Source: a virus. From it: a DNA stretch of 64,000 nt. The stretch spans positions 6,757-70,756 of IMG/VR virus record IMGVR_UViG_3300035661_003606; one strand, written 5' to 3'. The notes under the pieces were generated by a model that was not told where the DNA came from, searched no databases, and worked only from the letters and a program-made list of their open reading frames with translations. This document shows, piece after piece, positions 37,761 to 47,778 of this stretch. A program made the position numbers and the translations under genes. Position 1 is the first letter of the stretch, and each line of letters starts with the position of its first letter.

Positions 37761-38396
37761 ATGGGCGAGTTGTGCTCTAGGGGAGCAGTCATGTCAATTT
37801 ATATTACTCGTACTCCGCTAACAAATGATGAGCGGGTTGAATTGGAAGCTGAAGAGGAGCAGCTTGATGCAGTTAGAAACTCATATTGTGGAAGCCAGGG
37901 GCCGAAAGAATCATGTGAGATATCATATGACGCATGCGGGACTCCACTGTATACCATAAAGGCTTCTGAACATGATCCGTATTATATAGACGCCCTTGCA
38001 GCAGCAGTCCAGAATGGAAATGGAAGAAGCGCCATAAGAGTCAAAGTGAATGGTAATATTCCAATTGTAAGAAATACGGGGCATAAGGGTTTTGTTTATC
38101 CAGGGTATGATGGAACTCCTGATAATGTGAGAAGCAGCTACGCCTTTTCGTATCTTAAGGATGAACCTATTAATGTAGTCTCAACAATTCCACTTCAAGA
38201 TGGAGTTAAAAGAGTAGTTTCAGTCATAGAAAGGCCACAGGAGTTTGCTAGGTGGTATATTATAGAGGCCGAAGTTGGCATAGAGCCGCCTCCACCTAGA
38301 ATTACTCCCGCATACTTCCCGAGAGGGAAAGGAGTAGCGCCTTGGTGGAAGACCTTATATCCCGATGGGTCTCCCTCCACGGCCACGACAGGATGA
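37761..38396 (+). CDS. hypothetical protein
   Basis: 211-aa ORF; start may be ATG 37791 after GGGAG. Confidence 0.55.
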   Translation: MGELCSRGAVMSIYITRTPLTNDERVELEAEEEQLDAVRNSYCGSQGPKESCEISYDACGTPLYTIKASEHDPYYIDALAAAVQNGNGRSAIRVKVNGNIPIVRNTGHKGFVYPGYDGTPDNVRSSYAFSYLKDEPINVVSTIPLQDGVKRVVSVIERPQEFARWYIIEAEVGIEPPPPRITPAYFPRGKGVAPWWKTLYPDGSPSTATTG

Positions 38397-39211
38397 CAGA
38401 GAATATAAAAGAAAAGAAAGAAAGATTGTCCTATTCTAAGATAGACTGCTATAAGCAATGTCCATTTAAGTATAAGAAAATTCATATTGATAAAGACATT
38501 CCGTTCAAGGAGTCTTTACCAGTTAGGTATGGAAATTTTTTACATGGAGTCCTAGAGGATTTAGGCAAGGCCATCAAGAACAATGGCAATAAATTTCCAG
38601 AAAATATCAATGATATTGTTGCAAGATCCTGGAAGAAGTATCGGGCTACTCAGAAGATATTTGATGAGGCTCTCATTAAAGAGGCCGTTGATATTATTCA
38701 TAACGTTGGCAAGAAGTTAAAGTATTCTAACGAAATTATTTTAGAGGTAGAAAAGACATTTAAGATGGACCTGGATGAGAAGTATTTTATTCAGGGCAAA
38801 ATCGACCAGGTCTTAAAGGCGGGAGATAGGTATTTAATTAGAGATTATAAAACAAATGCAGACATAAAATATCTCCTAGCGGACCCGCTGCAGCTAAAGA
38901 TATATGCAATGGCATACAGCAGACTCAATAATATACCGGCAGATAAAATAGATTGCAGTTATTTAATGTTGAGAATGGACTGTCAGGAACCTAAATCTAG
39001 TTTTACTGAAGACGAAATTGCAGAAACAGAAATCTACTTAAAGACTATTATTCGAGAAATGGAAGCCTCTAAGGCGAGTGGAGAATATAAATGTGTCACC
39101 AGTGGGCTTTGCCCGTGGTGCCCAGCTTTTGACTACTGTCCTGCTGCTAGTAAAAATCCAAAACTCCAAATTAAAAGGGCAGAGCTAAAAAATCTTGGTA
39201 AGGTAGATTAA
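38393..39211 (+). CDS. PD-(D/E)XK nuclease (RecB/Cas4-like, PDDEXK_1)
   Basis: LSYSKI..CP, GNFLH..E, GKIDQV..IRDYKT, QLKIYA, CPWC..YC (possible Fe-S). Confidence 0.88.
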   Translation: MTENIKEKKERLSYSKIDCYKQCPFKYKKIHIDKDIPFKESLPVRYGNFLHGVLEDLGKAIKNNGNKFPENINDIVARSWKKYRATQKIFDEALIKEAVDIIHNVGKKLKYSNEIILEVEKTFKMDLDEKYFIQGKIDQVLKAGDRYLIRDYKTNADIKYLLADPLQLKIYAMAYSRLNNIPADKIDCSYLMLRMDCQEPKSSFTEDEIAETEIYLKTIIREMEASKASGEYKCVTSGLCPWCPAFDYCPAASKNPKLQIKRAELKNLGKVD

Positions 39212-39248
39212 CAAATCGTTGCGGGGGTTAATCCCCCAGGGGAATGTC

Positions 39249-42200
39249 ATGAGACTTTATAAAATCTCAGAAGAAGAAGAAGACCAGAGTACAGACCTAA
39301 GCAGTGGTTTGGAGTCGTCTGAGTCACCGCAAGATCCTACAGAAAACGCGGGAGAAAATACCGAAGAAAATACAGAAGAGAGTAAGAAGCTATTAAAAGA
39401 AAAGGAGAAGGAGTTATTAATAGAACATTTTGTTGACATTTTAATCAACAGACTATGGTCTGATAATTTTCTATCAATTGGGTCATCTGAACTAGCCCAC
39501 AATATAGGGCTGAATTTTGTGGATAATATGGAAAAAATTAGGGATTTTTTAAATACGGTTTCTCCTCCTCCAGATCAGGCTAAGTCTGAGCATGAGACTT
39601 TATACCCCTATGGAGTTCCGATTAAAAATGAAGAAGACGCCTTTCGATATATGCAGCATGTGGAATCATTTGAGCCCAAGGCGCGGGACTTGGGGGAAAA
39701 TTATGCTTATGAACTCATGAAACGTCTCGGTCTTACATCGTTAATACCACAATGGATATCCATAAACACCCCAATCGAGAAGTCAAATGGAGGTGAGACT
39801 GGGTTAACATTGGGAGAGACCTTAACAGATGGTACGACTCCACTAGATATTTTGTTAAATCGAGAATCTTCGCTAGATGACTTATCTAGGGTGGAAGAGA
39901 TTTATGATGCTGATAAGATTCTAGAGGAATTGCCAGGAAAAGAGGCAGACCGAAAGAGAGGAGAGCTCCTACTTAAGTTAAAAGAGGTTGAAAATAATAT
40001 ATCTTCTATTAATGTTCCTAAAAGAGTAGATTCGAAAATCGAAGAGTTGTCAAAAAAACTTGATATTGTGCTTCGGCGCGCAGCTGAAAATCTCAAAGAT
40101 AAATATGGTTTATCCGATGAAGAGATCAAAGATCCTAATAATCTAGCCTACGTAGCGCAATTAGATACGATGAAACCAATTAAGCCTAGGGAATTTAAAG
40201 ATGGTGCTCCTATTGGTGATATATCAATCATTCCAGATATAGCTAAAGCTGGGGCAAGCGATATAGCAAAATTTTTATTGATATCAAGGCTATCTGGGGC
40301 GAAAGTTTTTCTCACTAGGAATCAAAAATCAGAAAGCCCGATAGGAGGGGGCGTGGCTACGAAGTTTCCAGCTAGTATTTCAGGGACAGATACGTTCAAG
40401 AACAATAGGGTTTCGTCTGCCTCGGCCCTTGTGAGCTATTCTGGAAATGTGAGTACATTAGATAATCGAGAGTTCAAGGCGATTCTAGACAAATATTTAT
40501 TGAGAGTAGATAGTGAAGAAGTAGATAGTGAAGAAGTAGATAGTGAAAAAGTAGATAGTAAAATAAACTCTGGTTGGCAGGGGATGTATATTTGGCCGAT
40601 GGCCTTTAGTCGAGAGCTGGGCGTGTTTACATGTATGCCAACAGAGGCAATGTTGGGGTTGGGGGAAGAACTCTATGCTGCAGTGGAGGCAAAAGACAAA
40701 GATCAAATTAAAAATATAATAGCGAAGTATAAATATAATTCTTATGGTGTTTTAACGAATATCTCCGATAAATCATTGTCTAAAAATAATAATACGTTTA
40801 GTTTTATTGCAACGCCGGTTCAAATGATTAAGGCCCTAGCAGAAGAGAAGGGGATTAGTCCCGAAGAAGTATATGATGACGTTAGGGGGTTTATTGCAGA
40901 AAGGAGTGGGTCTCTAAAAGAAGATGCCGGGGAGTTAATCTTAGATAATAAGGAACGGATGATACCCTTTCCACCGGAAGCTCTAATTGCTATTGCTTTT
41001 TATATTGTAAGGTTATTTATCTCTACCTGTAGAGCTAATGCAATTTCTACTATAGAGGAATACACTTCCAATGAAAAGGTACAGAAAGATGTGACCTCTG
41101 CTATTAATGGACTAATAGACGATTTGGATGTAGCTCTAAACTCGGCGGAGGATTTTGAATTATCGGCGGGGACGACTAAATCTTTTACTAGGTCAATTTT
41201 AGAAGCATCTAGGCTTGAGAAGTTTGGGGTTTCAATTGATAAGCTCAAGTCTTTGGCTATGGAGGGGATTTCACGATCTCTTCGAAGTGGGGCTTTGTTG
41301 TCTTTAGAGAAAGCGCCATTTGAATTCACAAAACAGGCCTCGTTCAATAGAGAGGCAATTTATAATATTGCGACTGCTTTATCTGGGGCGGTATTAGATA
41401 AGATTAAAACCCCAAAAGGGGAAGTTAAAATCAATATGACTAACCTTCTCTCTGGGGTAAGACTAACAGATTTTAGCTCAAAGACGATATTGGATATAGA
41501 AAAAACTAAGCAGTATGGAAAGTATCTATTAACTTGGTCACCGGAAACCAGGTCTAGTACTTCAGAAACTGTGCGCCGATCAATGGTCAGGATGACGAGT
41601 CTAGTAGATAATAATTGTAAGGGGATGTGGATTGTTGGTGTGGAGCAGGATAAAGCATCCGATACAACTGTTTTGTCTGTAAAGGTTAATTCTAACCTAG
41701 TTTTCCAGAATCATGGTAATGGGGCAAAGATTACGATTTATAGGGTTGTAGACGGAGGGAGACAGGAGGTTCTTTCGGCACAAGCTAGTAAGATTACAGT
41801 ACGTCTACCTAATGAAGATAAGAGCAATGACAAAAAAAATAGCGTTGTAGACGGAGGGAGACAGGAGGTTCTTTCGGCACAGGCTAGTGAGATTATAGTA
41901 CGCTCAGCTGTGAGAGATAAGAGCAATGATAAAAGAAAGAAGACAAATCCCCGTCGTAGACAGGAAGGTGGAAAACTTTATCGCTTGTTTATTACTCCCA
42001 GTATTAATTTTGAGTATAATGAGAACTCAGATTATGAACTGGATATAGGGCAGGAGATTATGTATCAGGCTAGACTAGCAACAGAAAAAAATACTTTAGA
42101 CGTTTGGATAAGAGAAGTCAATAGGGAGCTGTCTAGATTTAATAATATTAAGGCTGATATGATACGGGCCATTGCCAATAAGAATTTATCTACGGCTATG

Positions 42201-42446
42201 GAAGTTATGAAGAATGGGGAACGAACATTGAGAGTAGATCTAAATAGATTTCGTACTCTTAATTCGGATTTTAAATCGATGATAGACTCGGTGATGTCTC
42301 ATTCTAAAGATAAAGAAGAGTTAGATGCTTATTCTAGATTTATAAAAGATTATGTATCTAGGTGCATGGTAGCCATTAGTCAAGTCAGGGCTCAAATATT
42401 AGAATTTAAGAAAGCTGCCGCTGTGATATTAGGGGTGAACATATGA
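39249..42446 (+). CDS. large hypothetical protein (possible virion protein)
   Basis: about 1065-aa ORF with acidic N-terminus and internal duplications at 40505-40560 and 41745-41895. Confidence 0.7.
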   Translation: MRLYKISEEEEDQSTDLSSGLESSESPQDPTENAGENTEENTEESKKLLKEKEKELLIEHFVDILINRLWSDNFLSIGSSELAHNIGLNFVDNMEKIRDFLNTVSPPPDQAKSEHETLYPYGVPIKNEEDAFRYMQHVESFEPKARDLGENYAYELMKRLGLTSLIPQWISINTPIEKSNGGETGLTLGETLTDGTTPLDILLNRESSLDDLSRVEEIYDADKILEELPGKEADRKRGELLLKLKEVENNISSINVPKRVDSKIEELSKKLDIVLRRAAENLKDKYGLSDEEIKDPNNLAYVAQLDTMKPIKPREFKDGAPIGDISIIPDIAKAGASDIAKFLLISRLSGAKVFLTRNQKSESPIGGGVATKFPASISGTDTFKNNRVSSASALVSYSGNVSTLDNREFKAILDKYLLRVDSEEVDSEEVDSEKVDSKINSGWQGMYIWPMAFSRELGVFTCMPTEAMLGLGEELYAAVEAKDKDQIKNIIAKYKYNSYGVLTNISDKSLSKNNNTFSFIATPVQMIKALAEEKGISPEEVYDDVRGFIAERSGSLKEDAGELILDNKERMIPFPPEALIAIAFYIVRLFISTCRANAISTIEEYTSNEKVQKDVTSAINGLIDDLDVALNSAEDFELSAGTTKSFTRSILEASRLEKFGVSIDKLKSLAMEGISRSLRSGALLSLEKAPFEFTKQASFNREAIYNIATALSGAVLDKIKTPKGEVKINMTNLLSGVRLTDFSSKTILDIEKTKQYGKYLLTWSPETRSSTSETVRRSMVRMTSLVDNNCKGMWIVGVEQDKASDTTVLSVKVNSNLVFQNHGNGAKITIYRVVDGGRQEVLSAQASKITVRLPNEDKSNDKKNSVVDGGRQEVLSAQASEIIVRSAVRDKSNDKRKKTNPRRRQEGGKLYRLFITPSINFEYNENSDYELDIGQEIMYQARLATEKNTLDVWIREVNRELSRFNNIKADMIRAIANKNLSTAMEVMKNGERTLRVDLNRFRTLNSDFKSMIDSVMSHSKDKEELDAYSRFIKDYVSRCMVAISQVRAQILEFKKAAAVILGVNI

Positions 42447-43129
42447 AAGAATTTGCATACGTTATTTCTAGGTTAAAAGCAGCAGCTCAGCAGACAAATA
42501 GTATGTGTTATGTTGTTGGGGGAGCCGTAAGAGATATTATATCTCTTAAGAAGATTAAAGATGTAGACGTAGTAGTGACGGTTGACCCAAAGACATTTGC
42601 ATCTGCACTAGCTAAGACGACAGAGGGAGCTAAGTCGGAAGAGGTCCCTGCGCCATTTCCGCTGTGGACTGTGGACATTGGAGATGTTACAGTAGACGTT
42701 GTCCAATTGAGAGGAAAGAGCCTACAAGAAGACATTAAGCATAGGAACTTTACAATTAATGCAATATACTATGATGTGGTGGGCGATAGGTTTGAGGATC
42801 CAACTGGTAGAGGGTTTGCAGATTTATATAACGGGGTAATTAACACTGTAGCATTAGATTCGTTTGCTTTTTTTAGCTCAAGTCCTCATGAGGCAAATAG
42901 CATATTTATAGCTATAAGATTAGTGGCTGATTCAGGGTTCAGGCTTAGTGAGCAACTTAAGAGTGGGATAAGAAAAGCCCTCGAGCACGGAGTTGTCCCT
43001 GTGGAGCTATCAAAACGTTCTAAAAAGGAAATTTTGAGGGCTCGCTTGTCTCCACATTATAAAGATAAGGCCTTACCGGTAATAGAGGAGTTGGGATTGG
43101 AGCATTTTTATCAACTATCCAGCTCTTAG
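42443..43129 (+). CDS. CCA-adding/poly(A) polymerase-family nucleotidyltransferase (head domain)
   Basis: YVVGGAVRD, DVDVVV, EDIKHRNFTINAI, DPTGRGFADL. Confidence 0.85.
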   Translation: MKEFAYVISRLKAAAQQTNSMCYVVGGAVRDIISLKKIKDVDVVVTVDPKTFASALAKTTEGAKSEEVPAPFPLWTVDIGDVTVDVVQLRGKSLQEDIKHRNFTINAIYYDVVGDRFEDPTGRGFADLYNGVINTVALDSFAFFSSSPHEANSIFIAIRLVADSGFRLSEQLKSGIRKALEHGVVPVELSKRSKKEILRARLSPHYKDKALPVIEELGLEHFYQLSSS

Positions 43130-43180
43130 GTTGGTAATCATATTGCCGGTGTGGGCCGTGACTCATAGGGAGACGTAAAA

Positions 43181-44875
43181 ATGTCTAAGCTTGTTATTGC
43201 AAAATATAAGTCTAAAAAGAAACTTGATACTGGCACTATAGTGTACGAATATAGTGAGGCAGATAAAAAGAAACGGGCTAAGAAAAAAGCCCAACATGTT
43301 AGAAAGGTGTTTCAGAATATATCCAAAATTAAGAATGCCTTTGAAAAAGACATGAAGTCCAGTGATAAGAAATTACAAATGGTAGCTCTAGCTGTGGGTA
43401 TTATTTATGAGATTTTTGAGAGGGTTGGAGATAGGGGCAATATAGGAACTGGGGTTGTCTCCCTTAAAAAGAAACACATTACGGTTCATGGAGATAAGGT
43501 TCATTTTAAGTATGTAGGAAAATCGTACGTTAAGCAGGACAAAACTTTAACGAATTCGACTATGGCTAAATTAATCAAAGAGAACTTAGAGGGAAAGGGA
43601 GACAATGAGTATTTGTTTGACTTTGAAGATGAGAGTGGGAAGAAGATAAGTATTCTCTCAGACGATATCAACGAATATTTAAAGCCATTTCATATTACAG
43701 CTAAAGACCTTCGGGCGCATGCGGCCAATGATATTCTTATTTCAAAACTTAAGGCAGCTGAGAAGGCTAAAGGAGAGACTAGTGAAGAAAAAGAAAAATG
43801 GCGCAAAGACAAACTTAAAGAACTTATTGAGGAAACTGCAGATGAGATAGGGCATACCCCAGAGATCTGTAGGTCGTCGTATATTGATCCCTCTTTAATT
43901 GAGGAATATATTTCCAGTGGAAAGATAATAAAGCTGACGGCTGATCAAAATTTGACGGTGATGATTAAGCTGGCTAACATTAAGGAGCATCCTAAAGTTA
44001 AAGAATTTTTGACTAGAGGAGTAACGCCAGAGGAGCAGGCTATTATAGATAGCCCCTCCCAAGTTAGATCTGAAATTTCGGACTCAGCCTTCACTAAAGC
44101 TCTAGAAAAAGCAAAGGCGGAGGGGGCCTTAGCTGGTCTTTTAGATATAGTCGAAGATAATGATGAGTCTGCTTTTGGAGTAACTCCCATTATAGTGGGT
44201 GGTAAGGCAATTCCTATTATCGGTGTAAATATAAATAAAATTAAGTCAGAGGCGGCTAAAGGCAAACCTATAGAGGAAATTTTATCAGAACAGGTTAAAC
44301 AGATATTAGGAGTAATTGCCCACGAGCAAGCTCATGTTGAAGGACAAGGAGAGGCTGAAGCAGAGAGAGTTCAGAAAGAAAGAGTGGAAAAAATAGAAAG
44401 GGACACGACCGCAGATACGTCGGCGCCTATTTTACGTTTGGCGTCTGAAGAGAAGACGTTATTTCAAAAGCTTGGAGTTGATGGGGTTGACAGAGATAAT
44501 CTTTTAAAAGTTACAAATAATGTCCTAAAAAAGATAGGTATTCCAAACACCAATCAAAATATAGGTCTATTAGCTCTAGGATATCTGTTATCTTTAGGTA
44601 ATAATCCATATAGAGCAGAGTGGAACATACGAAAGGCTATAGGATTAGAAACTCCAATCGATATCAAAGATGCAACTATTGTATATAATATTCTTAATAG
44701 TGCTTTTCAAGAGGCTTCGATAAAAGAGGATAAGCAAGAGGATTTCTATTCTTTTTCAGATGAAGATAAAATGAATTTGGGGGATATTGATTCCTTAAAA
44801 TGGGAATCAGAGCCTTCTTACTCTCCTGGGACTGGTATGGGGTTCTATCCTCAAGTACACCCATTCAACTATTAA
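43181..44875 (+). CDS. type IB DNA topoisomerase fused to an unknown HExxH-containing C-terminal region
   Basis: RVG, F.YVGKS, ITAKDLR, GHTPEICRSSYIDP (catalytic R/K/R/H/Y); HEQAH downstream. Confidence 0.85.
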   Translation: MSKLVIAKYKSKKKLDTGTIVYEYSEADKKKRAKKKAQHVRKVFQNISKIKNAFEKDMKSSDKKLQMVALAVGIIYEIFERVGDRGNIGTGVVSLKKKHITVHGDKVHFKYVGKSYVKQDKTLTNSTMAKLIKENLEGKGDNEYLFDFEDESGKKISILSDDINEYLKPFHITAKDLRAHAANDILISKLKAAEKAKGETSEEKEKWRKDKLKELIEETADEIGHTPEICRSSYIDPSLIEEYISSGKIIKLTADQNLTVMIKLANIKEHPKVKEFLTRGVTPEEQAIIDSPSQVRSEISDSAFTKALEKAKAEGALAGLLDIVEDNDESAFGVTPIIVGGKAIPIIGVNINKIKSEAAKGKPIEEILSEQVKQILGVIAHEQAHVEGQGEAEAERVQKERVEKIERDTTADTSAPILRLASEEKTLFQKLGVDGVDRDNLLKVTNNVLKKIGIPNTNQNIGLLALGYLLSLGNNPYRAEWNIRKAIGLETPIDIKDATIVYNILNSAFQEASIKEDKQEDFYSFSDEDKMNLGDIDSLKWESEPSYSPGTGMGFYPQVHPFNY

Positions 44876-44877
44876 CG

Positions 44878-44906
44878 TTGACTTTTCATGAATGAGCAGT
44901 TATATT
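44878..44906 (+). promoter_or_regulatory. sigma-70-type promoter
   Basis: TTGACT-17nt-TATATT. Confidence 0.75.
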
Positions 44907-44927
44907 ATTGTAGATGGGAGAATAGAC

Positions 44928-45440
44928 ATGAATAAGCTTGTGTGTCATGGCAACAAGATTGAGAATGCAGTGCTTACGACTGAAGACACAACCTACAGTA
45001 ACCTTATAGACTTTAAGTGGACGATTGCTGTATCTGATAAGTTTTCTAATTTTAGTGTACAGGCTCGCACCAACCAACAAGAGAGCCCCTTTGTTCGTAT
45101 TGAGGGTGCTAACTGTCAATTGGAATATGAAAATACATTTGGTGTTTGGAGAGTGGAGAGCGATGGTACTCTACTTGGAACAAGGGTCTTAATTAATGGA
45201 ACTCCGATACCAGAAATGCAGCTTCAGGTGTTAGAGTTGGTAGGGGTAAGGGGGAAGGTGACGCTAAATATTATAGCATATGGGTTATACGCGTCTGTTC
45301 AGCACACTTCGGCCTGTACCTTTATTAAGGCGGGAGAAACTATGTTAGGTGGGGTAACCAGAGCCACTATTAAATGTAGCGTGGAAGAACCATTAAACGA
45401 ATTTGAATTAATCATTGAGGATAACTATGCCAATATTTGA
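44928..45440 (+). CDS. hypothetical protein
   Basis: start moved to ATG 44928 (GGGAG SD, downstream of the promoter). Confidence 0.6.
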   Translation: MNKLVCHGNKIENAVLTTEDTTYSNLIDFKWTIAVSDKFSNFSVQARTNQQESPFVRIEGANCQLEYENTFGVWRVESDGTLLGTRVLINGTPIPEMQLQVLELVGVRGKVTLNIIAYGLYASVQHTSACTFIKAGETMLGGVTRATIKCSVEEPLNEFELIIEDNYANI

Positions 45441-45711
45441 ATTTGAATGTGAATCATGTCATAAAATTACAGAAAGAATTTGTTCTTATTCGGAATCAAT
45501 TTCCCTAGATGGTTCAGTGTGCGATGAGTGTGGGGGCATAATTAAAAAAAAAGTTAGCGTTCCCGCATTAAAATTTGTTGGCCCAGGTTTTTATGAAACC
45601 GAATATGCAAGGAAAGAAAGAGATCGTAAGAGAATTCAAAGAGACATAGAAATAGCCAAGCCCAATATAGAGGAACAGGAAAGAGCAAGAAAGAAAAGGT
45701 TTCAGGAATGA
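45427..45711 (+). CDS. FmdB-family zinc-ribbon protein
   Basis: MPIFEFECESC..CDECGG..KKVS..FVGPGFYETEY. Confidence 0.85.
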   Translation: MPIFEFECESCHKITERICSYSESISLDGSVCDECGGIIKKKVSVPALKFVGPGFYETEYARKERDRKRIQRDIEIAKPNIEEQERARKKRFQE

Positions 45712-46349
45712 CACCAGAAGAAAAAATAGAAGCTCTTATTAAGTTAAATGCTGACTGTCACAAATGTACAAAGTGTAGTCTATATACTAACGTACCTCCA
45801 ATTCCGGGTTGGCAAAAAGGGCCGCATGTTTTTGGGGCCGGGAAAGTCTCAAGTAAAATTATGATTGTGGGGCAGAACCCAGGGATTAAAGAAGTTCAGC
45901 AACAAAGGCCATTTGTGGGCCCAGCCGGAGAGAAGCTCAATGAGGCAATATCTAGCGTTGGATTGAACAGACGGGATTTGTATATTACTAACTCTGTTCT
46001 ATGCTATACGATAGGAAACTCCGTGCCGCCAATAGAAAGTATTTGGGCATGTAGAGACTTCCTGGTGGAGCAAATAAAGATTGTGGAGCCAGAAGTAGTG
46101 GTTTGTTGTGGAGCTAGTGCGTTTAGGTCTTTTAAGAGCAAGTTTCAGTATTCCACTGCTTTCTGTAAGTCGCCTACGGTAATAGAGACGGACATACATC
46201 CTAGGGTTATTGCTACTGTTCATCCTGCATATGTTATATATAAACATGAAGAGGCTATGGAAATTCTAAAAGCTGGCCTTATGAGAGCTAAAACATTCTT
46301 GGAGGAAAGTTATGAAGACTATGCATCATGCAATGCCGCAGCCCTATAA
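45708..46349 (+). CDS. uracil-DNA glycosylase (family 4-like, Fe-S)
   Basis: CTKC, IVGQNPG..E..RPFVGPAG, YITNSVLC, TVHPAY. Confidence 0.88.
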   Translation: MTPEEKIEALIKLNADCHKCTKCSLYTNVPPIPGWQKGPHVFGAGKVSSKIMIVGQNPGIKEVQQQRPFVGPAGEKLNEAISSVGLNRRDLYITNSVLCYTIGNSVPPIESIWACRDFLVEQIKIVEPEVVVCCGASAFRSFKSKFQYSTAFCKSPTVIETDIHPRVIATVHPAYVIYKHEEAMEILKAGLMRAKTFLEESYEDYASCNAAAL

Positions 46350-47595
46350 AGTTATAGTAGAGCTAGACGATAAAGAGGTAAAGTCTGCCCTACATGAGTT
46401 TTGGGTGTCTAAGGGTCCAACCCTTATGAAAGAGACGCCTGGCTCTTGGACTAAAATTGCAGCCTTAAGAGAGCATTTGGAGAAGCAAGAGGGACATAAG
46501 CTATACTGGGATATGATATGGAATTGGGTAGAAGAGGGGCTCAAAAAAGTACCGCTTAAGATTCATCGGATTATAAAAATTAGTATAGATAAGTTTGATG
46601 AGAAGCTTGGAGCAATTATTTCTACAGAGGTTGATTTGATTCCTAGTGTTAAGTTGGGGGATTACAAAAATATTAAACTCCAGGTACCTTCATTTAAGCC
46701 TCTTCCTAAAGAGGTCGAGGGGCAGATTATTCTAGCCTTAAACCATTCTCCGCTTGCTACTACTCAAGAGCTACATCAGCAGATTAAGCCTGGGGATACA
46801 GTTAAGATGTCATATACAATTTCCAGAGCGGATGATAACACTGTACTTCAAGTTAGCGAGAACGACATGATCAATTTGTCTTCTGGGGCTTATGCCACAG
46901 AGTTTGTCGATGCAATTGTAGGAGAATATGCTCCTTCGACTTTTACTAAAGTGATTCATTTTCCAGACAATTATCAACATGAAATTCTTCGGGGAGTGGA
47001 TGTTAATTTAAAAGCTGAAATTTTTGCAGTTATTAAAAAGATTCTGCCAACTGAAGAGGAAGAAGCGGCAAGAGAGGGACTTTCTTTAGAGCAGTGGAAA
47101 TTGAAATTCTGGACAGATATCGAGAAAAATAAGAAGGAGTCCTTTGAAATTAGAAAGAGAGACTTTATTCGGCAGGGGGTAGAAAAACATCTCTTGACCA
47201 CTTCAGAAATTAGCCCTATTCCAGATAGTATGATAGAGAATGAGACTAAAGCGTTGATGGAAAATCTAGCAAGAGTCAAGGGGATGACAGTGAGTGAGTA
47301 TGCAGCGGATATGAAGATGACCGAGGAGTCTCTCTTTGCGGAGTTAGCTTACTTAGCAGTAAGAAGGCTTATGGTGAGGTTAATAGTTGAGGCTATTTGT
47401 GAAGCTGAAGGGATTGTTGTTGACGAAAAGAATACCGAAGAATATTTGACTAAATATGCTGCCGAGAAGGGAGAATCTTTAGACAAAGTAAAAGCAGATG
47501 TTGGAGATAAGGATATCTCTTTTCTAGTTAAGTCTTATTTGGTAGATGAATTGTTAAATAATAGTGTAACGCTTGTTCATCCAACGGATGGATGA
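46312..47595 (+). CDS. trigger factor-like chaperone (divergent)
   Basis: PSVKLGDYKNI, FKBP-like GDTV..FVDAIVG..FPDNYQHEILRG..V, C-domain IPDSMIENE..LIVEAICEAEGI. Confidence 0.78.
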   Translation: MKTMHHAMPQPYKVIVELDDKEVKSALHEFWVSKGPTLMKETPGSWTKIAALREHLEKQEGHKLYWDMIWNWVEEGLKKVPLKIHRIIKISIDKFDEKLGAIISTEVDLIPSVKLGDYKNIKLQVPSFKPLPKEVEGQIILALNHSPLATTQELHQQIKPGDTVKMSYTISRADDNTVLQVSENDMINLSSGAYATEFVDAIVGEYAPSTFTKVIHFPDNYQHEILRGVDVNLKAEIFAVIKKILPTEEEEAAREGLSLEQWKLKFWTDIEKNKKESFEIRKRDFIRQGVEKHLLTTSEISPIPDSMIENETKALMENLARVKGMTVSEYAADMKMTEESLFAELAYLAVRRLMVRLIVEAICEAEGIVVDEKNTEEYLTKYAAEKGESLDKVKADVGDKDISFLVKSYLVDELLNNSVTLVHPTDG

Positions 47596-47620
47596 TTTGG
47601 CTTGCTCTTAAAATTTTATA

Positions 47621-47663
47621 CTGACATGACATACTCCCACGGCTTAAACCGTGGGAGTTTTAG
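47621..47663 (-). mobile_element. IS200/IS605-type right-end remnant (hairpin)
   Basis: ACTCCCACGG-cttaaa-CCGTGGGAGT palindrome; minus strand ends TATGTCATGTCAG. Confidence 0.55.
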
Positions 47664-47704
47664 TTAGATAAAGATTAATGACTGCTAGTGAATAGAGCGG
47701 CTAT

Positions 47705-47733
47705 TTGACTTTTTTACGGTAGTGTTTTATATT
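47705..47733 (+). promoter_or_regulatory. sigma-70-type promoter
   Basis: TTGACT-17nt-TATATT upstream of the dnaE PHP gene. Confidence 0.75.
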
Positions 47734-47778
47734 TCTTATGTAGTGGCTATAGGTCAGAAAGGTTGGTGGCGTTGTATA

